From Callorhinchus milii (Eukaryota), in assembly GCF_018977255.1 (NCBI RefSeq), contig NW_024704749.1:13888001-13952000 (forward strand): a DNA stretch of 64,000 nucleotides, in the 5' to 3' direction. Made by a program: the position numbers and the translations under genes. The first letter of the stretch is position 1, and each line of letters starts with the position of its first letter. Shown in pieces: positions 40,201 to 50,670 of this stretch. The notes under the pieces were generated by a model that worked only from the letters and a program-made list of their open reading frames with translations, was not told where the DNA came from and did no database searches.

Positions 40201-41684
40201 TTGGGTTCGTCAAGCTTGATGCTGGTGTCTATCAGCTCAGGAACCTTCTGTACAGGAGACTGCATTGTACTGGTTTCGATCAGCTCAGGAGGCTTCTGTA
40301 CAGTAGACTGTACCGTACTGGTTTCGATCAGCTCAGGAGGCTGTGGGCTATCAAATGTGATGCTGGTGTCTATCAGCTCAGGAACCTTCTGTTCAGGAGG
40401 CTGTACGATACTGGTTTCGATCAGCTCAGGAGGCTTGTGTCTGTTACGCTTGGTGTCTATCAGGTCAGGAGGCTTGTGTCTGTCTCGCACAATGCTGCTT
40501 GTTTTGAAAAACTCAGGAAGCTTATGTCTCAAATTGGTCTCGATCAGCTGAGGAGGCGTAGGTCTCTCTGGCATGATGCTGGTGTCGATCAGCCAAATGT
40601 CAGTGGCGGTCGGGTAGGTTTCCACCATCTCGACCAGGACGGGTGGCGTTTCTTCTTCTTCTCCTCCTCCATTATCATCTTCTTCTTCCTCTATCTCCAC
40701 CACCGTCACGGTGTCGCCCGGCGTTTCTTCTTCTTCTTCTTCTTCTTCATCGCCGTCGCCTTCATCGTCTTCTTCTTTATAATCTTCTTCTCCCTTCCCC
40801 TCCTCCTCCTCCTCCTCCAGCGCCGTCACATCGTTATCGCCGCCGCCGCCGTCCCCTTTCTCTTCCTTCATCTCCACCACCATCACGTCGTCGCCGTCTT
40901 CCCCTTTCTCTTCCTTCATCTCCACCACCATCACGTCGTCGTCGTCGTCCTCCTCCTCGTCCTCCTCCTCCTTCTTCTTCTTCTTCTTCTCCTCCTCCAC
41001 CGTCACGGTGTTGATGCCGCTGCCGGCCAGGGCGGCCAGCAGCTCTTCTTCTTCCTCCTCCTTCCTCTTTTCTTCATCGCCCCGGCCGCCGCCTTCCTCC
41101 TTCTGCTCCACCACCGTCACGGTGTTGATGCCGCTGCCGGCCAGGGCGGACAGCAGCTCCTCTTCTTCTTCCTCCTCCTTCCTCTTCTCTTCATCGCCCC
41201 GGCCGTCGCCTTCCTCCTTCTGCTCCACCACCGTCAGGGTGTCGATGGGCTGCGAGTACCTCCGCAGGGGCCACCGGGCGGCGGTGGCGGCGGCGGGGCT
41301 CCCGGGAGCCGGGCTCATGGTCGGGGAGACCAGCTGCTGCCCGACGGAGGACCACCAGGAGGGCGAGACGGGCCGCGCGGCAGGAGCGGGAACCGGCCGC
41401 CACCGGCCGCTCACGTCCGAAGGCGACGGGGCGACGGGCGGGCTCTCCCCCCGAGGCGAAGCCGCCGCCGCCGCCGCCTCGTAGGCCCCGGCCCCGGCCT
41501 CGGCCCCGGCCGTCGTCGGGGCCGCCCATCCGACCGCCGGCGGCTCCTGCCGGCCCGCGGGAAGAAGCGCGTCGGCCGGGCCGGCCGGGCCGCCCGGGGT
41601 CAGGGGGGAAGCCGAGAGCCTGAGGGGAAGCCAACAGGAGACGGCCAGCGACAGCTGCAGCGCCAGCGTCCAGTCGACGGCCAT
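25215..41684 (-). CDS. DPP7: Dipeptidyl peptidase 2/7 (peptidase S28) with a very large N-terminal insertion, ~1229 aa
   Basis: Exons 41684-39287 (signal peptide..[16 protein letters not shown]), 38398-38259 ([16 protein letters not shown]), 38018-37855 ([14 protein letters not shown]), 37537-37402 ([15 protein letters not shown]), 35807-35726, 35175-35009, 34340-34280, 28231-28113 ([12 protein letters not shown]), 26897-26741 (ACTE), 26654-26590 ([13 protein letters not shown]), 26326-26256 (GAAHHLDLR), 25344-25215. Phases are consistent, the catalytic triad is present, and the gene lies tail-to-tail with MAN1B1 as in human. Confidence 0.96.
28522..28840 (-). mobile_element. Full-length tRNA-derived SINE
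   Basis: Minus-strand head gtggagtcctgtagctctggttagagcactcgctttgcaagcgagagaccggagttcaattcc (A box, TGC anticodon-like loop, B box), then body and L2-type tail ending in (att)n. Confidence 0.8.
30735..33756 (+). CDS. Kelch-like protein (BTB-BACK-kelch; resembles the KLHL9/13/26 group), ~632 aa, nested in DPP7 intron 7
   Basis: Exons 30735-31853 ([29 protein letters not shown]; SELELF..IRF BACK; first kelch repeats; GC donor), 32228-32480, 32629-32789, 33391-33756 (stop). GG..Y..W kelch motifs; no frameshifts. Confidence 0.93.
39470..40600 (-). repeat. Coding tandem repeat in DPP7 exon 1 (~26 units of 10-16 aa, consensus [16 protein letters not shown])
   Basis: Recurring tcgatcagctcaggaggc on the + strand; all units are in frame. 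Confidence 0.9.
40640..41245 (-). repeat. Acidic low-complexity coding region of DPP7 exon 1 with a 117-nt duplication (RGD x2) and a 42-nt-period duplication ([13 protein letters not shown] x2)
   Basis: Translation [25 protein letters not shown]..ALAGSGIN occurs twice; poly-Glu/Asp runs. Confidence 0.9.
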
Positions 41685-41689
41685 GTCGT

Positions 41690-42660
41690 CGCGCCTCTCC
41701 TCACGGGGCACGAGGAGGAGGAGGTGGGGGTTTGGGCGGACGCTCTGCCTCGCGCCTCCTTCGCCGCCTGCCCTGCCCTGCCCTGCGCGCGCGGGGGGCG
41801 AGGGGGTGGGGTTTGTGGTTGGGGGGGGGGGGGGGGGAGAGGAGCGAGCGCGAGAGAGAGAGGGAGAGAGGGCGGGGGCGGCGCCACGCGACCCAACCGT
41901 CAGTCAGTCAGTCGATTGTTCCCGCTTCGTTTTGAACAGGCGAACCTGCGCGCGCAGCCAGACCCCTCCCCCCTCCCCTGATCCCGCCCCCTCACTCGCG
42001 CACGGGCTGTCTCCTCCCCCACGTGATCGGCTGGGGCGGGTTTTCACGCCCGACGGAGGCGGGTTTCACGCCCCAATCGGGCGGGTTTCCCCCACCACCA
42101 ACCCAACACCCAACACCAGGTTCCTCTGCATCTCAGAAGGCTCGCGCTTTGGGGTCCACTCTCCCCCCCCCCACCTCACCCCCCCCCACACACTCCCCAC
42201 CCAGGACAGCAACGACAACTCGCCAGCGCGTCTCGGGGCGCTTAACCCTGAGCCGTGGGGGCGGGGGGTTGGGGGTGACCATAAGCCGAGACCCAAGAGG
42301 AAGGTCTCCGGTGGGGTTTCCAAAGGAGGGGTCAAGGCGGGGAGGTCGCGGGAGAAAGCAACTGCACCTCGTGCTTCTGAAAGGCGCCTCTGGCAACGCG
42401 CCCGCAACCCCCACCCCCACCCCTCCCAGCGCCGACCCCCCCCCACCCACCCCATCCCACGACGCCCCCCAGCGCGGCGTTGGAGGGTCCAGTTTAGACC
42501 TTGTGGATCCACAGCCTTCTGAATCAGGGGCTGGAGGGCAGACACGGCCGCTAATTTGCCCGCAGCGACACCCGTTCCCCGAGCGGCCCGTCTTCCCAAC
42601 GTTACGGACGCGATAAGGCGGTTTTAAGACTGCGATCAAAGCCGTAACATTAAGCCCCGC
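41690..42660 (-). promoter_or_regulatory. CpG island, probable DPP7 promoter; CLEAR-like E-box TCACGTG at 42020-42026
   Basis: CpG-rich region directly upstream of the DPP7 ATG (gacgacATGG, strong Kozak); GC boxes, CCAAT near 42073, TCACGTG on the minus strand. Confidence 0.6.
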
Positions 42661-45185
42661 GTCCTCCACCGTGACAACTTGCGGCAATTTTGGGGAAACA
42701 ATGAGCTCTGTGGGTTTGGACATAGAGAGTGAATGGTAATTATTAATGACATTGCCGTCACTGTCTTTGTCCACTGACCTGCTAAATAATTTGATCGCAA
42801 CAGAAAACAAATCATCGACCCTATAAGAGCTGTTTTGGCATTTCTACACAAAAATAAAGCCACAACAAGCTTAGAGCAAAATGATTACAGGTTTGTCTTA
42901 CTGTAATATAATATGCATTATATTACGAGACAATTTTATTTGATTTTTCACATTTTCCTTTCCTATGGTATCTACCCAAGGTGCCTTTTGTGAGCCTCTC
43001 CAACTCAACAGTTTCCCTTCAGAAAACAATAAGAATTGGGTCACTCAATCCACGACTGTTTGCGGGGACGCTGCTGTGCACAATTGGCTGCCACGTTTTA
43101 AAAGAAGAATAAAAACCTCTATAAATCCTTCCAGTAGCATCCTTCCAAATGCACAAACAAAGCCGCCCGTGTTCCTAAAATGACCTCTTACGACATCTGC
43201 GCACAGTAGAGAGTGTTATTGTTTGATAGAAACTACTGTGTTGATGCAACATTGGAAAAAAAATTCCACTAACCATACGATACGCATTTCTCCCCTTTCT
43301 TTTACGGGAATGTTTTTTGTTATTTACCACCTGCTCTTCATTATTGGGTTTACTGGTATCCGTACATGCTCGTGCATCAAAGCCCGCTAATTTGCTCATT
43401 TATCTGTGCTTAAAAGAATTCTAAGAGACATCAATACAGTGACGCGTTTATATTATGTGGTATTTCAGAGCAGGTTCAAGTAGAACCAGTTTAATTTTGG
43501 TGGGATCCTGCCTCATTTAAGGCAGCAGACAGGTCTATCCTGTCAGCCTTTCTGCCCCCACCCTTTGGAACTCATCCCGCAGTCCCTTTGCCTTGCGCCT
43601 TCCCTTGCACCCTCAAGGCCCATCTCAAGACCCTCCTCTTCGATCGGGCTTCAAGGTCACTCCCTACCCTCTACCTTACCCTCCCTGCCCCTCATCCCTC
43701 CTGTTCTCAAGTACAGCTCGGGTCCAAATCCCTGACTGCTCCGTGCCTTGGGACGTCCTCCCGATGCTAAACGTGCTATACAAATATAATTAGTTGTTGT
43801 TGTTACTGTGTGGGATAGAACCCAAAGCAATAAGAATGACATTGAAACAGCTGTGCGCTTGTCAACTCAAACAGGTTTTTGAATTACAATGTATGATGAA
43901 TTATAAAACACAATGTAAACACACCATTATACTGAATTATCTTGAAGCTCTTCCAAACAATCTTGTTTGTATTACCATGTAATTAGTATACGCAGGTCAG
44001 ACAGCCTCAAGATGTTTTTACAAGTCATCGTGTCGGCCTCCTAAAACAGTAAATAAGGAATAAATATTAAACTATTCTTGAGCGTAGGAGCATAGCTCAA
44101 TCCACGGCTGTTTCTGGGCCCCTGGAGTGCACAATTCGCTGCCGCGTTTCAAAATATATTACAAAATATACAGTCAATTCACTTAACAGTGTATTCTGTG
44201 AAGCGCTTTGAGACGTCTCGACAACACGATAAGGCGCTGTATCAATTGCCAGGATTATTATAACGGCACTCTAACCACAGCAATAGAATGCAGTTATAAT
44301 AGAAAGAGACCTTCCAAGCTTAAAACCTTCAGCATGTTAACTAACGTCTTAAGTATGAGCAAAACCAGTGGGGCTTAGAGGCTATTCATGAACTAGAAAT
44401 TTTTCCATCTGCTCCAATTCACTCCTTATCTGACGTCCACACATGTGGACTTTCCAGCAGAGGTCACTAACTCACCATAGTTGCGAGAATTCTGGTTGAA
44501 ATTTTCTTCCCCCCCACCACCCACCCACCACCCCGTCAAGGAGATAAGTGTAGCATCCCTACTCGCTGTGATCCCCATTCACATGGGTTCAGATTGGGGA
44601 TTCCTTCCTCGGTTCTTTCTGCTGGTTTGTATGGTTCAGTTTCACTCAAAGCTAAGTAATAACCCTTAGATTTGATACAGGGCCTTATCACGTCGTTAAG
44701 ACGTCTCAAAGCGCTTCACAGAATATATTGTAAAGTCAATTAACTGTGTATTTTGTGGGGCAGGATTAGTTCATAATGTTTTAAAAGATTTTGCAATTTA
44801 AGATAGCTGTATTATTTTGTAATATATAATATCATGAAATAATACTGCGTTTCGCCCACAAAATACACAAAGTCAATCCACCTTACAATGTATTCTGCGA
44901 AGCACTTTTGCATATTTTACAATTTAAAGATAGCTGTACTGTTCCATAATATGAAATAGAATATTATATTAAAAAATTATTTTAAAAAAATGAAAGTATC
45001 TTAAATTGCAGTTTCACTTGGGGGGTGTATTGCATTGGATGGTCAGATTAAGGTCTGGGTCTGTATTACACGTGTGACTTCCTACGATTGGAAGAGTGTG
45101 TGTGTGTCTAATTTGGTTTGCATGATTTGTTGTGGAACTGAATCTCCCTGTAAAATGATAGTGGAAGAAGAGAGAACCCTTTGCA

Positions 45186-45220
<35 letters not shown>

Positions 45221-45394
45221 TAATAATAATTATAATAATAATCCTTGCATTTGATATAGCGCTTTTCACGTCTTCTAGACGTCCCAAAGCGCTTCACAGA
45301 ATATATAAATATGTGTGTGTGTGTGTGTGTGTGTGTGACACGGACATGTGCTGAAGCAGCAAGATCCTGTGATCTGACCCTGTTCTTGTGAATG

Positions 45395-45810
45395 GTCACA
45401 GTTTCTAAGACAACCTTCTGGGAGTCACCGGGAAATCAGCAGCAAGTCAGCCAGCCTGAGACCGGGCGAGCTGCTGAACTGACAGAGCCAGAGAGAGAAC
45501 CACATACACGCACACTCACTCACTCACTCACTCACACTCACTCACTCACTCACTCACACGCGCACTTCGATGGGAGCAAAAACCACACACAGCACAATGC
45601 ACCTGTTCAGAAAACACTGGTGCAAAATCGGAAATAACAAACCATAAGGTGTATTCGCAGAGACTGTGCTTTTTTAGAGCTGGGGAGGAAACAAAACCAC
45701 ACAGCGCTTTGTGCAGAGGACTATTAATACATTGGAACCAGCAAAGGAGACACGCAGTTAATCCCAATCAAGCAGGCGAGCAAGACACCAACATCTCTGC
45801 TTGGGTTACA
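45395..45810 (+). other. Putative non-coding first exon of the LIMK/TESK-like kinase gene
   Basis: Ends at a donor-like caa|gtgagt at 45810/45811, follows TA/TG microsatellites and lies upstream on the kinase strand; no transcript evidence. Confidence 0.3.
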
Positions 45811-48229
45811 AGTGAGTATATATATGCACATATATATATAAAAATAAACTTCTTTAAATATTTAATTTTTTGCGACTTTATTTAGTTGCAAAAAGAGTGA
45901 TTGAAGTTTTCACACTTGGTCCCAGTGCTTCATAACTTTCTGTGGGTTCCAGTTTAATTAGCCCTGTTTTTTTTTTAAAAAAATGTATACACACATAAAA
46001 GAAACGTGTTTTATTTAGTCAGACACATTTACCCTTATCACAATATTCGTAATCAACGTTATATTTTAATCCATTGTGCTTTGTGAAGCATTTCGTGAGG
46101 TTTATTTTATGTGACACGTGCAATATAAGTGCAAGTTTCTATACCCTTCACGTTATCGGAATTATATAGATTTATATAAAGCAAATTGTTATTACTCCTA
46201 ATATTGGATCACAAGCTTTTAGTTTTATGTGCATGCCTGTGTTACAAATACATTTCTGTGAGATAACAGTCACAACTTGCATTTATACAGTGCCCTCCAT
46301 GTAGGGGTAACATCTTAGACAGCTTAATGAATTTTCTCGAGTAGTTTATCTGATTGTACGTTGGAGGAATTTTCTGAGTTATGTGGTTAGTGAAAGAAAG
46401 GCAGTGAAGGGAGTGAGCTTCAAATTACAAGATAAAATGCCAACCCAGGGTACGAACAGGCTATTACCAGTGCTGGTTTGGTAAATAATTAACTTGGATA
46501 AACAGGGATATTGGCTTGGATAGTCAACTCTTACAAGAAACACAATTGAAGATGCTTTCGATGCAGATTTGTGCGTAACATTTCACCTCATTTGTGGTTT
46601 ATAACCTGTCTACTTTTCAGGGCAGTGCCCAATAAAATATGGCACACAAAGAAAGGCAATAAGGGAAAAAGCATGATGCCGAGCAGAGTGAAGCTTAGTC
46701 CTGTAAAAGAATAAAGCCATTACTATCATATAATGATAATAATCCTTGCAGTTGATGGATTCAAATGGTCTTCGACCATGCCATTGGCCATCGTGAAAGG
46801 CGCTATACAAATATAATCTTGTTGTTGTTGTAGCGCCTTATCGCGTCTTCGAGACGTCTCAAAAGCGCTTCAATTGCTATGAACACATGGCATTTATTTA
46901 TGTCGCATGCTTTTGTGGCAGTATTGTTTCTAAAGTATTGAATTTAGACACAGCTGGTGTACATTATGTAAATTGGTGTACCTGCACAATTACATTTTGG
47001 ACCTGTACATGCAGCCAGGGAATTCTGGCATTACCTCCAGGTGCTGCCTCTCTTCCAAACTGGCAACGTCCACAAATTTTCAGATCCTAAGCAAGCAGTC
47101 AATAGCCGCCTGCCCTCATACCCTCCCCCTCTCCCACCCACCCCCATAGGTAGTTGGGAGATTAGCGTCCCGGTGAAGATTTGATGGCAAGATGGCATCA
47201 GCCAGTGTGATCCCACTCACTCACCATTACTTCCTGAAAAATCCACTGTGGCTGTTTCCGAATGTCCAACAACAATGTGGAAATAAGTAATAAAATTCAG
47301 TATTTAGAACCGTGAGCAAATTCAACAAAGTGCCAAAGTCCCTCTGCTCGGTAGGCATGGGCTTGCTTCATGTCCCCCACCCTGCACCTCCTACCCTCGG
47401 AGGTTGGCCATTAAGCCTCTCTGCCCCCCCCCATTCTCTGCAACTCCATTCCAGAGTCCCTTTGCCTCTCGCCTTCTGTTTGTCTCAAATGCTACCTCTT
47501 TGACCGTGATTTGGGTCATCTTCTCAACCCCACCCACCCCTCCCAAATCCAACCTCCAGCTAGTGTGTAAACCCTGGAGTATCCAGTGCCTTGGGAAGTC
47601 CTCCCGAAGTGAAAGGCGCTACTGTATATAAATGCAATTTATTGTTGCTGTTGAGTTGAGAGAAGAGACTGTGATGAACATGAGTGTGGAATGTTCAGTG
47701 GAAACGTTGGCCGAAGCAGATGATTAGCTGCGTTACAAAGGCAACATTGTGCTCTGAATAACAGGCTTTGCATTCAGCAAAGACAAACAAAAGGGAAGCA
47801 AAAGGGGGCAAAGGAAACGCAGCACTGAGCACACTGGTGATGTTATTGAATAGCTACAAGTGAGTAGCAAGTAATCCCAATGTCCTTATAAATCCATGGT
47901 GAGACAGAAACATGACGTTATAATGAACGAGGCAGCAGTTACCATGCTGGGATGGGGAGGGAAAGCAAAATACATCAGGAGCACATTACGTTTAGATAAT
48001 AATAACAACAATAATAATTCTTGCACGTGGTTATAGCGCCTTATCACTTCGGAAGGACGTCTCAAAGCGCTTCATGGGAATTACTGTGAAATGGACTGTG
48101 TATTTGTTGGCAAATGTAGCAGCACAATTCCGGACAGCAAAGTCCCTCAAACAGACAGGAAACGAGTGGCCAATTTGGGGGATTGTTGCCTAGGACCCTG
48201 TGTGAGAGAGAGAGAGAGAGAGAGAGACG

Positions 48230-48460
48230 CCATTCTCTTTCCGAATTGTGCCACGGGATCTTTAACGTCCACCCGAACAGTCAGACGGGACATTGGTTTA
48301 ACATCTCATCCAAAGGACAACACCTCCAACAATGCAACACCTCCCCCCAGGACTGTATTGGAGCATCAGCTTAGACTATGTGATTCCAAGTCCCGATGTG
48401 AGGCTTGAACCCACAACACACTCTCTCTCACCTCTGAGTTCTGAATCACTGCACCAGGCT
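48230..48460 (-). mobile_element. Deu-domain SINE remnant (SacSINE1/AmnSINE1-like)
   Basis: gtgccacgggatctttaacgtccacc..gtttaacatctcatccaaaggacaacacctcc..gcttgaacccacaac; similar pieces at about 26030-26230, 37070-37180, 50480-50670 and 61385-61500. Confidence 0.55.
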
Positions 48461-50479
48461 AACACACAATTATATACCTCATTCAAATTAAAGAGGCAGA
48501 ACGAGTAAAAGAACAACAACCCAAGAGAGATAAATCAAAGCAGGAAAAGGAAAGAAAGCAGTGAAACCACAAAAATAAATGTAAAACTGTGCAGGAAAGT
48601 CACAGGACAATTGAAATAAATCAAGTTGTTTCATACAGCACAGATTTCATCCCAGGATTTGAAAATAATAACAATAATAATAATCCTTGCATTTTCACGT
48701 CTTCTCGACGTCTCAAAGCGCTTCACGGAATATGCTGTAAAGTGAATTGACCGTATATTTGTGGGCGATACACTGCAGCATGAGGTTGCAGGCAGTTAGC
48801 CAGTCTGCTAGACTATTTCAGTCTGTAAGCTCTATGCCAGACAACAGGGATTTGCACATCACAGCTACTGGTTTAACACCAACTTACTCAGCGGAAGAAT
48901 CTATTCAAAACCGTTTGGCAGGAATTGGCAATGTCTGAATTCAATCCAGCCTCGGGTCAAATAGTATCAAAACATTAAGAGTGAAATCAGCATCGTCTGA
49001 CTACATCTATCATCGTAGAAGCACGAGTGATAAATCCTTCCACCTCGTTGTTTGGCCGTTAAAAGCTGTTGCGGGCCCTGAATGTGTTGGTGTGAATGTT
49101 TAAAATCCGTTTGAACTGAATTTGTTTTAAGACATTTTCCTCCTCCCACAACGCTCCCAGTGTTCAGGGCATTGTCAGCTGGCAGTCTGGGTGGTTATAT
49201 GATCGTAGGTACAGTAAACTCCTGATAACTTGTTACTCTGGGGGGACAAGGGCTCAGTGACTAGTTATCCCGAGTGGCAAGTTAGACATATGTGTGAATA
49301 CTTAAATAAATGCAGCAGGCTATTGACAGCAATGTTGACCTAAGAAAAGTGTTAGTTAGTGACACGTTAAGCCAGGAGTTTGCTGTTTCTCCGCTTTGCT
49401 CTGTGGTAATCTAATGGTTAGTCGTGACTTGAGGTGCAAACCAGATGATCTTCCCAGTAAAAAACATCAGCCAGGCATTTTAAACACAGGTCTCGCAGTC
49501 AACAGGCAATATTGTGATAGCGCTAGTCACTTTTGTTCTATTTGAGCTGTCTCGTTTGCGGTGGATTCTTGCCTTTAAATCCATGGATGATTTTGTGTGT
49601 GTGTGTGTGTGTGTGTGTGAAATGAAATAAAAAATCACAGAACTACAACATTGAGCACTTTACATTTTGTGGCGGCCTTCATAACACAGGAATGTAACAC
49701 CATGGTCAGGTACATTATAAGGTTTCCCGTTCTCTGCCTCAACGACACGTTTTAGCCCCAACGTCAAAGGTGTTTTACCTTCCCATCTCTCACACCTGCC
49801 TTCCTGGGGGCCACCTTCTGCGGGTAGAAAGTAGGAGAGACTAGTTCCCTTAGACAGGAATTCTAACTTTGAGTAGCCTAGTATAGTATGCATGGTTTCT
49901 GTTCTATTTTTAAACATCAGATATCTATTTCCTAGCTTCTTTCCATTACTACCAAATGACGACTGTCTACAAACAGTATTCCCACCATTTCTAGCTTGGT
50001 ATATTACAATTCCGACTACCAATGGGTAGGGCAAAAATAAGCGGGTGATGAACTTCCTTCAATCTTATAGCATAATTATAACAAGGCCTCACAGGAAATA
50101 TTGGCTTGAAAGCTTACCTCTGTTTGATAATTGCTGAGTGCAGTTTCAGTATTGATTTTTATCTGTTCTATCATTTGTTATGTAGTTACCAGAAAGATAC
50201 AATTTCCTGACCTCAGGCAGCCGTTCTGGGGGGAAGTGAAGGACACTGTAGAAGGCAAAGTGAACCAAGATAATATTCAAGCACTTCCCAGAAGCAGTAC
50301 GGGACCAGGGACAAATCGCCTAAGCACTGTTGATGGCCGGTTGTGGGAGGGGAGAGGAAAGAACCCGAGTTATCCAGAGGACTGAGAGATGGAGAAAATA
50401 ATGATAGTCATAATAATAATCCTTGCATTTGATAGAGTGCCTTTTCCATCATCTAGACATCTAAAAGTGCTTCACATGA

Positions 50480-50670
50480 TATACCTGAACAGGCAGACGT
50501 GACCTCAGTTTAACATCTCATCTGAAGGATGGCATCTCCGACAATGCAACCGCCCCAGCACTGAATTGTAGGGTAGTTTAGACTATGTGAATCCAAGCTC
50601 TGACATGGGGGCTTGAACCCACAACCTTCTGATTCAGAGGCCAGAGCGCTAACACTGGGCCAGTCAGATA
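50480..50670 (-). mobile_element. Deu-domain SINE remnant with tRNA-like head
   Basis: cctcagtttaacatctcatctgaaggatggcatctcc..ggggcttgaacccacaaccttctgattcagagg. Confidence 0.55.

Noticed and set aside
39470-40600. Regularly spaced repeats superficially like a CRISPR array
   Set aside because: Eukaryotic coding tandem repeat; the intervening sequences are homologous to each other and no cas genes are present.
40690-41240. SUMO-interacting-motif-like VxVV + acidic stretches (VTVVE, VMVVE) in the DPP7 insert
   Set aside because: They follow a signal peptide, so they would be luminal or extracellular where SUMO binding is not meaningful.
41685-41711. ORF-track start MPREERRDD at 41711
   Set aside because: It is a GTG start; the ATG at 41684 has strong Kozak context and begins the signal peptide.
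39376-41981. Plus-strand ORFs (514, 214, 170 aa and others) opposite DPP7 exon 1
   Set aside because: Antisense shadows of the repetitive, GC-rich coding strand. The minus frame has the signal peptide and joins the peptidase domain.
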